46,225 nt of DNA, taken from positions 1 through 46,225 of the forward strand of contig CASFYE010000002.1 of NCBI GenBank assembly GCA_949298925.1. The letters run 5' to 3'. The stretch comes from an uncultured Bacillota bacterium. GTDB taxonomy: Bacteria; Bacillota; Clostridia; Christensenellales; UBA1242. A program made the position numbers and the translations under genes. Below the pieces are notes generated by a model. That model saw only the letters and a program-made list of their open reading frames with translations, was not told the origin of the DNA and ran no database searches. This document shows, one piece after another, positions 28,344 through 37,227 of this stretch (its first letter is position 1; each line of letters starts with the position of its first letter).

Positions 28344-28796
28344 TTACCCCAACATATCTGAAAGTGTAGTAACAGAATCGGAAGCAAAACTAGCAGAAGG
28401 GAAAATCAACATGACAGTGTCATCACCATTCACAGCCCCGATGAGTTCATTTAAATTCAATTTGTCAACAAAACTGCAAACGCTAGAACCAAGTCCTTTT
28501 AATGTTTTTATAACAACAATGTTTAAAACTGATTTGACAGAAATTACAGCCTCTCTAAAAATCGAAACAAATTTGTTGGAAATTTGCTGTTCATCAGAAC
28601 CAACTATTGCGTATTTATAGCGACCAGAATTAGTCAAAATCTTTGTCAAACCCAGCTCTTTTATGTCCCTAGAAATGGTTGCTTGTGTTATATCAAAATT
28701 TGCATTTTTAAGTTCCCTAGCAAGTTCATCTTGTGTTTCTATCTCTTTAACAGAGATAAGTTCTAGGATTTTTGATTGTCTTGCACTTCGTGCCAT
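28344..28796 (-). CDS. argR: arginine repressor
   Basis: 150-aa ORF starting R...I..LI....I.TQ.EL...L......TQATISRDIKEL, with a C-terminal GDDT motif. GGAGGAAGGA RBS. Confidence 0.9.
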   Translation of the reverse strand: MARSARQSKILELISVKEIETQDELARELKNANFDITQATISRDIKELGLTKILTNSGRYKYAIVGSDEQQISNKFVSIFREAVISVKSVLNIVVIKTLKGLGSSVCSFVDKLNLNELIGAVNGDDTVMLIFPSASFASDSVTTLSDMLG

Positions 28797-28889
28797 ATCC
28801 TTCCTCCAAATCGCTATTTGCCTTTATTTTAAAGGGGAATAGGCTTTATGTATATTTATAAATTTATAATTATTAGCCTATTTTTCATT

Positions 28890-28918
28890 ATTATACATCA
28901 CAATTTATAAATATGCAA
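28890..28918 (-). promoter_or_regulatory. sigma-A promoter of argR-recN
   Basis: On the minus strand: TTGCAT (28913-28918), 17 nt, TATAAT (28890-28895). Confidence 0.55.
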
Positions 28919-28940
28919 GTGTTTTTTGCATATTTATTCA
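28907..28940. promoter_or_regulatory. candidate ARG boxes (ArgR operator) overlapping the argR promoter
   Basis: 12-bp perfect inverted repeat ATAAATATGCAA (28907-28918) / TTGCATATTTAT (28926-28937). TGCATATTTATTCA (28927-28940) resembles the ARG box core TGAAT-N4-ATTCA. Confidence 0.45.
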
Positions 28941-29085
28941 ACGATTTTTTATAACAATTTTAAATAATGAAAATTTATAAATTTAAAATTTATAATTATA
29001 ATTGAATATACATTTAGTAAAATTTTAGAAAATGACAGTTCACCCTACACCACCGTGCGCGCAATCTTGCGCAAAATCTTTGCGC

Positions 29086-29117
29086 AAAAAAAACCTGTCA
29101 TCAATTTGACAGGTTTT
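29086..29117 (-). terminator. rho-independent terminator after thiI (usable in both directions)
   Basis: 10-bp stem AAACCTGTCA / TGACAGGTTT with loop TCAATT. It is followed by T8 on the minus strand and T4 on the plus strand. Confidence 0.8.
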
Positions 29118-29152
29118 CAAAATTTTTGTCATCAAAAATTTTTTTGCGCGCC

Positions 29153-30310
29153 CTACACGTTAGATTTTATAATCATCACCTCTTCACTTGCGAGGGCCTC
29201 ATCAATCAAACTTTCCAAATCAAGTTTTTTCTCTTCATTTTCTGCTTGAAATAATTTTGGTTTTATAACAGGATTTTTTGGCAAGAATACCGTACAACAG
29301 TCTTCGTAAGGCAAAATTGAAGTTTCAAAGGTGTCAATCTTTTTTGCTATTGAGATTATTTCTTCCTTATCCATTCCAATACATGGCCTAAATATTGGAG
29401 TTTTCTGCACAACGTTTTCAGTTACAGTCATACTCTGCATAGTTTGACTCGCTACTTGTCCCAAGCTTTCCCCTGTTACAATTGCTCCAAGTCCATCTCT
29501 TTTACAAATCCTTTCTGCAATTCTCATCATGATGCGTCGCATGATTGTTATCATAAACTCTGGCAAACAATTTTTATGAATAGCTTCCTGGACCTTCGTG
29601 AAGGAAATACAATGCAATTTTATCTCATCATTATAATAGGTCAATTTTTCAGCTAACGACACCACCTTTTGTTTGGCTTCGGGGCTTGTGTAAGGATAAC
29701 TGTGAAAATGCAATGCTTCCAATTTTAATCCCCTTTTTGCCATCATGTATCCAGCTACTGGGCTGTCAATTCCACCAGACAACAATAAAAGTGCTTTACC
29801 TGATGTCCCCAAAGGAAGTCCACCTTGGCAACTTATGATCTCGTCATAAATGTATGCTTTCCCATTCGCTCGAATATCCACCATGACTTTTTGTTTTGGA
29901 TTATACAAGTCAACACTTGCTCCCTCGTTGTTTTGCAAAATAATCTCACCTAACTCAGAAGCCAAATCCATAGATTTTATTGGAAAACGTTTGTCACCCC
30001 TATTGACGTCAACCTTAAATGTTTGCTCTTGAAGTTTTATGCCTTTGCAGTAATCATAAATGGCCTCTTCTTTGGCTTCAAGTTCATCTGCGATGCTTAA
30101 ACTGTGCAATCCAAAAACAGTTGTCAGTTTTTCGACAATCCTGTCGACATTGTCAAATTCAGTAACCATCAACCGCCCCTGTGTCTTTGACAACTTGAAC
30201 TTTTCACCTTGTAATTTCTTTTTAATGTTGTTAAAAAGCGCCATTTCAAAAAGATGACGATTTTCGCCTTTTAAAAAAAGTTCTCCAAATCTTAAAAGAA
30301 CAGCTTTCAT
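29153..30310 (-). CDS. thiI: tRNA 4-thiouridine(8) synthase ThiI
   Basis: 385-aa ORF with a THUMP-like N-terminus and the PP-loop LLLSGGIDSPVA. Confidence 0.9.
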   Translation of the reverse strand: MKAVLLRFGELFLKGENRHLFEMALFNNIKKKLQGEKFKLSKTQGRLMVTEFDNVDRIVEKLTTVFGLHSLSIADELEAKEEAIYDYCKGIKLQEQTFKVDVNRGDKRFPIKSMDLASELGEIILQNNEGASVDLYNPKQKVMVDIRANGKAYIYDEIISCQGGLPLGTSGKALLLLSGGIDSPVAGYMMAKRGLKLEALHFHSYPYTSPEAKQKVVSLAEKLTYYNDEIKLHCISFTKVQEAIHKNCLPEFMITIMRRIMMRIAERICKRDGLGAIVTGESLGQVASQTMQSMTVTENVVQKTPIFRPCIGMDKEEIISIAKKIDTFETSILPYEDCCTVFLPKNPVIKPKLFQAENEEKKLDLESLIDEALASEEVMIIKSNV

Positions 30311-31425
30311 TTCATTTTCTCCGACAATTCAAGATAAGCTTCCCTTATGAGCTTTCCCGCTTTCTTAATTTCGTTTTCGTTTTGCTGAGCGTTTAAACTC
30401 ACACGCAAAACACCCTTGATTTTATCAAGCGGATATCCCATACTTTCAAGCACATGATTCCCTGCTTTTTTTGATGAGCAAGCACTTCCACGACCAATTA
30501 TAACATCTTTTTCAAGCATTCTAACAAGCGTTTCACCATTCACTCCCTCGCAAGTAAAGGTCAATATGTATGGACTTTTTTCACACGTCCCAACAAAATC
30601 AATCCCTTTTTGGTTAAGTTGTTTTACAAGTATTTCATTCAATTTCTTTACTTTTTCATAATTCGATTGAACATCGATCTCTTCTGCGGATACAAGCATG
30701 GCCATAATACCTGGAACATTTTCAGTGCCAGATCGTTTATCAAATTCTTGCCCGCCCCCAAATACCATGTTTTTTAATGTGTCCTTATTTTTAACATACA
30801 AAGCCCCAACACCTTTCGGACCGTGAAATTTATGGGCACTTATCGAAAACAAATCAATATCTAGTTCATCCAACCTAAATGGGATTTTACAAAAGGCTTG
30901 GACACCGTCAACGTGTATTATTGCCCTGGGAGCTCTTTCTCTTACAATTTTTGACAATTTTGCAATATCATTAATTGCACCCGTTACACTATTGACAAAC
31001 ATACAACTAACAAATCTCGTTTTCGAATCGACGAGCTTTGTTAAAGCGTCTAAATCAACATCTCCCGCCTTTTTCAAAGGAATAAATCTGACGTCTTTTC
31101 CTTCATTTTCGAGCGATTTTGCAACATTCAAAACGCTTGCGTGTTCGCCAGCTGAAAAAATATAATTCCACTGCCCCTCTCTTACACTACCGCGAATTGC
31201 CAGGTTGTTAGATTCGGTCGCCCCACTTGTAAATATGATATCGCCAACTTTGACACCAAACAACTTTTTTAATCTTTCCCTTGCGCCGTTAAGTGCCTGC
31301 CTCACTTCAAAAGCCTGCTGATAAGACGCGGAAGGGTTGTAATAATTAAAACAAGCCCAATTTAACAATTCTTTCCCGGCTTTGTCACTTAACCTTGTGG
31401 TTGCCGCGTTATCAAGATAAATCAT
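30307..31425 (-). CDS. cysteine desulfurase (NifS/IscS class; ThiI partner, NifZ-like)
   Basis: 372-aa ORF with the PLP lysine motif SAHKFHGPKG and the active-site loop GSACSS. It overlaps the thiI start by 4 nt. Confidence 0.9.
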   Translation of the reverse strand: MIYLDNAATTRLSDKAGKELLNWACFNYYNPSASYQQAFEVRQALNGARERLKKLFGVKVGDIIFTSGATESNNLAIRGSVREGQWNYIFSAGEHASVLNVAKSLENEGKDVRFIPLKKAGDVDLDALTKLVDSKTRFVSCMFVNSVTGAINDIAKLSKIVRERAPRAIIHVDGVQAFCKIPFRLDELDIDLFSISAHKFHGPKGVGALYVKNKDTLKNMVFGGGQEFDKRSGTENVPGIMAMLVSAEEIDVQSNYEKVKKLNEILVKQLNQKGIDFVGTCEKSPYILTFTCEGVNGETLVRMLEKDVIIGRGSACSSKKAGNHVLESMGYPLDKIKGVLRVSLNAQQNENEIKKAGKLIREAYLELSEKMK

Positions 31426-33806
31426 CTTAAACTTGCTCCATATCTAAATTTTAATGCTTTTAAGACTTTGGCTATTGTTTCAGTGACCTCTTCATCAGTC
31501 AATGTTTTATCCTCATTAGAAAGTCTTATGTTGTAAGCCATCGATTTTAATCCATCTCCAAGAGTTTTGTTTCTGTAAACATCAAACAATTTGACTTCAT
31601 AAAAGATTTTTCCACAAGCAGATTTAATAGCATTTTCTAAATCCGCATTTGATATTTCTTCTTTTACAACAATTGCCAAATCTCTGTCGACAATAGGAAA
31701 TTTTGGAACCTGTTTGATAACATTTTTTTTCTTTGGTAACTTCAACAACTTGTCCAAATCTATTTCAGCAAACAAACTCGTTTTTGGTATGTTGTAGTTT
31801 TTTGCAACAGTTGGATGAACCTGTCCAAAAGAAGCATAGATTTCGCCATCTTCGCCAACAACATCAGCAGAAATGCCAGGATGCAAAAAAGGCTGGGTAG
31901 ATCTTACAAGTTTGTAAGATAGCCCGGTTTCTAAAATTGCGTTTTCAACACAAGCTTTGAATTCAGCAAAGCTCATATCATATGCCCCCATACTGATTTT
32001 GTTAATCTCAACAGGAAGCTCCGTCAAAGGCAAAGATTTTGGATGAAAAGTTTTTCCAGACTCAAACAATCGCATATCTTTGTTCCCCACACTAAAATTG
32101 TAAGCCAATGAACTGAGCATTGAGTGTGCTAGCGAAGTTCTCATACACGACAACTCTTCCCCAATAGGATTAGCTATTTTAATCATAAATCTTCTGTTGT
32201 CAGTTAGCATAAGTTTCGAAACTGAATCAGGTGGGATAAAAGAATAATTCATTGCTTCAAAAAATCCTGAATATTTTAAAGCATCTTTTATTTTCCTTTC
32301 AAGCATAACTTTGTCGCCATAATCGCCTTGTGTCAGTTTCCAACCTAGATATGGTTCTTTGACCTCTCCACCATCATAAACATCATATCCATATATTCTT
32401 ATTACTTCTTCTGCAATGTCATATTCGTTTTCTAAATCTTCACGAAAGTTAGGAACATTCACCACAATAGTTTCACCTTCGAGTTTGCTTGGCACTTGCA
32501 AAGCATTCAAAATTCTAACCATGTCGTTTGCCAAAATGTTTGTCCCTAAAATAGCATTTATATCTTTAACTTTCGCATGAATATCGCGTGTTTTTGTAGC
32601 GCCTCTATTTTCATCGATAATGCCTTTGCAAATTTCACCCAAATTTAAACTATAAACCAAATTTAGAAACCTTTTCAACCCATCTTCTGCGCTATGAAAA
32701 TAAACGCCTTTTGAATATCTAGCAGATGAATCCGTTCTCACCCCAATTTTTTTGCTCGTTTGGCGAATAGACTTTAAATCAAAAACCGCTGACTCTATTA
32801 CAGCATCACGAGTATCATCTGAAATGCAAGAATTTGTCCCACCTATGACACCTGCAATAACCATCGGCTTTTTTGCATCAGCTATGACTAAGTCCGACGA
32901 ATCAAGAGAATAAGTATTATGATTCAACACTGCAAGTTTTTCCCCAGCCAAGCCATCGCGAACAACGATTTTTTTGCCCTCAATAAATTTTTGGTCAAAG
33001 GCATGCATCGGTTGTCCCATTTCAATCAAAACATAATTCGTCAAATCGACAATCGTGTTGATAGGCTTTATACCCACAGCAAACAGTCTTTGGCGAATTT
33101 TCAAAGGAGATCTTTCAATTTTAACATTTTTTAAAACAGATGCCATGTAACGCGAACATTTGTTTGATTTTAATTCAACAGTCATGTCATTTTTTATTGT
33201 TGATTCTTTAAATGACAAATCTGGTGTTTTAAATTTCGCTCCTGTAACTGCACACACCTCTCGTGCTAGCCCTATAACACTCATGCAATCTGGTCGATTT
33301 GGAGTGATTCCAACATCAAACACAACGTCATCTAACCCTAATGCTTCATCTATGTTTTGGCCAATTTTAAAATCATTAGGCAGAATAAGTATGCCATTCA
33401 CAGATGCACCTTGCATAAAATTGTCATCTATGCCAAGTTCCTCACCAGAACAAAACATACCATCGGAATCCACGCCACGAAGCTTCGACTTAGCTATTTT
33501 AACCCCATTAACTAAATCTGCGCCCTCCAATGACACGGGAACAATTGCATTTTCAAATATATTGGTGGCCGAAGTGATTATTTGCACCACTTTGTCACCA
33601 ATATCCACTTTACACACTTGCAACTTGTCGGCATTTGGGTGTTTTTCAATTTTTAAAATCTTGCCAACCACAACATGATGAAGGTGTTCGTTAAGATAGA
33701 TGATTTCTTCGACTTCCATGCCAGCATTAGTAAGCTTTTTTGCAAGCTCCTCGGCAGGTATGCTTATATCAACAAAGTCTTTCAGCCATTTATACGTTAT
33801 TTTCAT
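31422..33806 (-). CDS. pheT: phenylalanine--tRNA ligase beta subunit
   Basis: 794-aa ORF with an N-terminal tRNA-binding OB domain (KHPNADKL), B3/4 and B5 domains and a C-terminal FDX-ACB-like domain. Confidence 0.95.
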   Translation of the reverse strand: MKITYKWLKDFVDISIPAEELAKKLTNAGMEVEEIIYLNEHLHHVVVGKILKIEKHPNADKLQVCKVDIGDKVVQIITSATNIFENAIVPVSLEGADLVNGVKIAKSKLRGVDSDGMFCSGEELGIDDNFMQGASVNGILILPNDFKIGQNIDEALGLDDVVFDVGITPNRPDCMSVIGLAREVCAVTGAKFKTPDLSFKESTIKNDMTVELKSNKCSRYMASVLKNVKIERSPLKIRQRLFAVGIKPINTIVDLTNYVLIEMGQPMHAFDQKFIEGKKIVVRDGLAGEKLAVLNHNTYSLDSSDLVIADAKKPMVIAGVIGGTNSCISDDTRDAVIESAVFDLKSIRQTSKKIGVRTDSSARYSKGVYFHSAEDGLKRFLNLVYSLNLGEICKGIIDENRGATKTRDIHAKVKDINAILGTNILANDMVRILNALQVPSKLEGETIVVNVPNFREDLENEYDIAEEVIRIYGYDVYDGGEVKEPYLGWKLTQGDYGDKVMLERKIKDALKYSGFFEAMNYSFIPPDSVSKLMLTDNRRFMIKIANPIGEELSCMRTSLAHSMLSSLAYNFSVGNKDMRLFESGKTFHPKSLPLTELPVEINKISMGAYDMSFAEFKACVENAILETGLSYKLVRSTQPFLHPGISADVVGEDGEIYASFGQVHPTVAKNYNIPKTSLFAEIDLDKLLKLPKKKNVIKQVPKFPIVDRDLAIVVKEEISNADLENAIKSACGKIFYEVKLFDVYRNKTLGDGLKSMAYNIRLSNEDKTLTDEEVTETIAKVLKALKFRYGASLR

Positions 33807-33829
33807 ACATATCTCCTTTTTTTGATTGC

Positions 33830-33857
33830 TATTATGTTATCAAAACATAACATAATA
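33830..33857. other. 11-bp perfect inverted repeat between pheS and pheT
   Basis: TATTATGTTAT - caaaac - ATAACATAATA. It shares the TATTATGT/ACATAATA core with 21433-21450. Confidence 0.6.
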
Positions 33858-33859
33858 CT

Positions 33860-34879
33860 CTATTTTATTTGTTTTAAAAATCTTATATCGTTTTTAAACA
33901 TATTTCTTAAATCGGTTATGCCATCATAAACCATCGCAAATCTATCAACACCAAAACCAAACGCAAAACCGCGATATTCTTTGCTGTTAATCCCTGACAT
34001 TTCAAGCACTTTTGGATTCACAATGCCAGCTCCAAGCAATTCAAGGAAGCCTGTCCCCTTGCAAACCTTACAACCTTTTCCATTACATGTTGGGCAACTT
34101 ACATCAACTTCAACACTCGGCTCAGTAAACGGGAAAAAGCTTGGTCGAAATCTTATCGTCGTTTCTTCCCCAAATATCTTCTTCATAATATCAGTAAGCA
34201 TCGCTTTCAAATCCGCCATAGAAACATTCTTGTCAACCACAAGTGCTTCAAGCTGATGGAAAACAGGAGAATGAGTTGCATCACTATCGTTTCGGTAAAC
34301 TCTTCCAGGTGAAATTATTTTAAAAGGTGGTTTTAAAGTTTCCATACTCCTAACCTGCACAGATGAAGTTTGCGACCTTAACAATATGTTTTCAGTTATA
34401 AAAAATGTGTCCTGCATATCCCTTGAAGGATGATTTTTGGGAATATTCAATCCTTCGAAATTGTAATAATCAAGTTCTATTTCAGGCCCTTCCACAACTT
34501 TAAATCCCATGGCAACGCAGATGTCCATCATTTTATTAAACATTTTTGTTGTCGGATGAAGCGCTCCTCTTTCATGATTTTTACCAGGTTCGGTTATGTC
34601 AATCGCACCTTTTGCCAATTCTTTTTCAAGTTCCAACTTGTTAAAATACTCTTCTTTTTCGGCATAAGCGTTTTCAATTTTTTCACGCAATTCATTTATC
34701 ATTGCGCCAATTTTTGGTCTATCCTCAGGAGCAACATCTCTCATTCCACGCAAAACACTTGTGAGCTCACCTTGCTTACCTAAAAATTTAACTTTGAATT
34801 CAACGAGTTGTTCTTTGCTAGAAATTGTTTTTAATTCATTTTGAGCCCTGTTTAAAATATCTGTCAATTTTTCTTCCAT
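33860..34879 (-). CDS. pheS: phenylalanine--tRNA ligase alpha subunit
   Basis: 339-aa ORF with class II motifs (HPSRDMQDTF, FRPSFFPFTEPS, GFAFGFGVDR). Confidence 0.95.
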   Translation of the reverse strand: MEEKLTDILNRAQNELKTISSKEQLVEFKVKFLGKQGELTSVLRGMRDVAPEDRPKIGAMINELREKIENAYAEKEEYFNKLELEKELAKGAIDITEPGKNHERGALHPTTKMFNKMMDICVAMGFKVVEGPEIELDYYNFEGLNIPKNHPSRDMQDTFFITENILLRSQTSSVQVRSMETLKPPFKIISPGRVYRNDSDATHSPVFHQLEALVVDKNVSMADLKAMLTDIMKKIFGEETTIRFRPSFFPFTEPSVEVDVSCPTCNGKGCKVCKGTGFLELLGAGIVNPKVLEMSGINSKEYRGFAFGFGVDRFAMVYDGITDLRNMFKNDIRFLKQIK

Positions 34880-34890
34880 TTCATCTCCTT

Positions 34891-35138
34891 AAAAAAATCT
34901 CCCACCCTTTTCTTATTAGGGCGAGAGAAAACTTCCACGCGTTACCACCTAATTTCAGCCTTGCCAGGCCCTCATCTTGCAATATTACGGTTGCAACCGA
35001 TCTGACTTACACACAAAAAGCTTCTGCCAGACAGCTAAAAGGTGAATTCACTTTCACGTGATGATCCATTTCCAGCAAACATGAATCTCTCTGTAATCAC
35101 GTTTTAAAAGCTACTACTCCTTTATCATCGCTTTTTAT
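34891..35138 (-). promoter_or_regulatory. T-box riboswitch, Phe specifier (UUC), controlling pheST
   Basis: On the minus strand there is a GA/K-turn start AGCGATGATAAAGGAGTAGTA, an AGAGA box and a specifier loop GAAAGTGAA-TTC-A (TTC is the complement of 35044-35046). The T-box sequence AAATTAGGTGGTAACGCG is the complement of 34938-34955. A terminator stem followed by T7 lies at 34891-34930. Confidence 0.85.
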
Positions 35139-35144
35139 ATTTTA

Positions 35145-35173
35145 ATTTTACAAATTTGCTTAAATCTTGTCAA
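35145..35173 (-). promoter_or_regulatory. sigma-A promoter of the pheST T-box leader
   Basis: On the minus strand: TTGACA (35168-35173), 17 nt, TAAAAT (35145-35150). Confidence 0.65.
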
Positions 35174-35179
35174 GCAATA

Positions 35180-35188
35180 TGCTATAAT
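35180..35188 (+). promoter_or_regulatory. extended -10 promoter of the RluA-family gene; predicted leaderless
   Basis: TGcTATAAT (35180-35188), 6 nt (TTTTTT), ATG 35195. No SD and a weak -35. Confidence 0.5.
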
Positions 35189-35194
35189 TTTTTT

Positions 35195-36079
35195 ATGAAA
35201 TCGTTTATATTTAAATCATTAAAATCATACAAGAAATGTTACTATGCTTTGAAAGACAAAGGATTGTCGGAATCACTCATATCCTTTTTGCGAAAAGAAG
35301 ATAGCAGAATTTTAATCAACTCAAAACCAGCCACAACACAATCATCAGTAAAACGTTTTGATATAATAGAAATCAGCTTACAAGATGAAAAAGGATCAGA
35401 TTTTCCTACGTCAAATTTTAACCTTGACATCTTATTCGAAAACGATGATGTTTTGGTCATTAACAAACCTGCAAACCTTTCCTGTATTCCTTCGAAATCG
35501 AATTTTAGCAACAATCTTGCCAACGCTACACTTACATATCTTGGAGAGAATTTTGTTTTCCGTGCAATAGGAAGGTTAGACAAGCAAACATCTGGAGTTG
35601 TGGTCATTGCAAAAGACAGGCTAACCGCCGAAAATCTTATTGTGGAAAAAACTTATTATGCGATTTGTGAAGGGACTTTTCCTTTTAATGAAATTGAAAT
35701 CAATTTGCCTATTTCTACCATATCAAAAAATGGAATAAATCAAAGAAAACGAGTTGTCCTTGATGAAAATCAAAAAAAGGCTTTACTAAATGCAGGATTT
35801 GATATTGATGAAAAGACCGCCAAAACCTTTGTAAAAAAAATCAAATCAAAAAACAACAAAACTCTATTAAAAATTACATTGGAAACAGGTAGAACGCATC
35901 AAATTAGAGTTCATCTGTCGTCTTTGGGTTTCCCACTTGTTGGTGATGACGTGTATGGCAATGGAAATGGTTCTCGTGCCCTATTACATTGTCAAAAAGC
36001 AAAAATATGCCTACCACTGCTAAAATTTAGAAAAACGATAACGGCACCTTTGCCAGATGATTTTTCATTGAAAAACTGA
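35195..36079 (+). CDS. RluA-family pseudouridine synthase
   Basis: S4-like N-terminus, catalytic motif GRLDKQTSGVVV and the GRTHQIRVHL motif. I place the start at ATG 35195; the ORF track uses TTG 35156. Confidence 0.85.
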   Translation: MKSFIFKSLKSYKKCYYALKDKGLSESLISFLRKEDSRILINSKPATTQSSVKRFDIIEISLQDEKGSDFPTSNFNLDILFENDDVLVINKPANLSCIPSKSNFSNNLANATLTYLGENFVFRAIGRLDKQTSGVVVIAKDRLTAENLIVEKTYYAICEGTFPFNEIEINLPISTISKNGINQRKRVVLDENQKKALLNAGFDIDEKTAKTFVKKIKSKNNKTLLKITLETGRTHQIRVHLSSLGFPLVGDDVYGNGNGSRALLHCQKAKICLPLLKFRKTITAPLPDDFSLKN

Positions 36080-36721
36080 ATTTCCGAAGTTTAAATAAAC
36101 TTCTGGAACTTTGCCGTTAATATAATGCTCACAAATCAGCACCTGAGTGACAAAACTCATATTTTGAGTATTAAGTGGCAAAATCACACTTAAAGTAACA
36201 TTGACGTCAATATAAAGTGAATGAATAGTTTGATTGATCCCCGCCTCTAAAAAACTTGACCTAAATGAAGTAATAACAGAACCAATAGGCACAACATGAA
36301 CGTTTATTTTAGGTCCCACACCAGACAAAGCATAAACACCAGTAAAAGTCCCTAGAGGAATTGGAATTGAATATGAGCCAACCGTGTCGAGATAGATTTG
36401 TGCCTTGGTGGATATTTCTCGAGCGAAATTGTTTAATGTTATCGTGTTTGCAGAAATAAATCCTATAGTGTCGTCAGATAACTTTGACACTTCCATAAAA
36501 TCAGTGTATTCATATTTTTCTTCTTGAATAACGTCATATATTGCATCACTTATCATAGTAGTTGCCACAGAATCAACCTGCGCATATGAAACATCTGCAA
36601 CCAAAGGAGCAACAACATATTGAAAATATAAAAAACAAGATAATAAAACAAACAAAACACAGCCAAGACAAACATAAGCCTTGGTTTTTCGGCTTAATCT
36701 TTTGTTCTTAGCACATTTCAT
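36065..36721 (-). CDS. yunB: sporulation protein YunB
   Basis: 218-aa ORF with an N-terminal TM anchor. The C-terminal region (IPIPLGTFTG...GP.I.V...PIGSV...F.S.F..AGINQT.H.LY..V) matches the YunB family as I recall it. Confidence 0.75.
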   Translation of the reverse strand: MKCAKNKRLSRKTKAYVCLGCVLFVLLSCFLYFQYVVAPLVADVSYAQVDSVATTMISDAIYDVIQEEKYEYTDFMEVSKLSDDTIGFISANTITLNNFAREISTKAQIYLDTVGSYSIPIPLGTFTGVYALSGVGPKINVHVVPIGSVITSFRSSFLEAGINQTIHSLYIDVNVTLSVILPLNTQNMSFVTQVLICEHYINGKVPEVYLNFGNSVFQ

Positions 36722-36873
36722 ATTTTAATATATGAAATAAAACTTAAAATGTGTTCAAAAATAAAAAATAAAGAGAAATAAACACAAATTTAAATTAACT
36801 TAAAGTTTTTAATTGATTTGACATAATACAATATATCCTGACTATTATTTCAATATACAACCAATATGTTGTA

Positions 36874-37227
36874 TTATTTTGTTTTTGACTTCGATATTAG
36901 TGAGAATATGAAAGCAAAAATTACTGCAGCCGCAATACCTCCAGCTGTCGCCTCCAACCCACCGGTTAGAGCTCCTAAAAGCCCCCTTGACTCAACTGCC
37001 GACATAGCACCTTTGGCAAGCGATGCACCAAAACCAACGATGGGAACATTAATACCCGCCTGCGCAAACTGTGATATGGGATCGAACATGTTAAATGCTT
37101 GTAAAACTACCCCTATTAAAACAAACAACACCAAGATGCGGGCTGAGGTTATCTTTGTTGTAATAATTAAAAGTTGACCGAGCATACACACAAGTCCACC
37201 TATTAAAAACACCCACAAATATTCCAT
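36874..37227 (-). CDS. spoVAE: stage V sporulation protein AE (SpoVAEB-type)
   Basis: 117-aa 4-TM ORF starting MEYLWVFLIGG..C..GQ. It directly follows spoVAD. Confidence 0.85.
   Translation of the reverse strand: MEYLWVFLIGGLVCMLGQLLIITTKITSARILVLFVLIGVVLQAFNMFDPISQFAQAGINVPIVGFGASLAKGAMSAVESRGLLGALTGGLEATAGGIAAAVIFAFIFSLISKSKTK

Noticed and set aside
29055-29249. 64-aa ORF across the GC-rich island and the thiI 3' end
   Set aside because: It has no RBS, it overlaps the thiI terminator and coding end, and its peptide is low-complexity.
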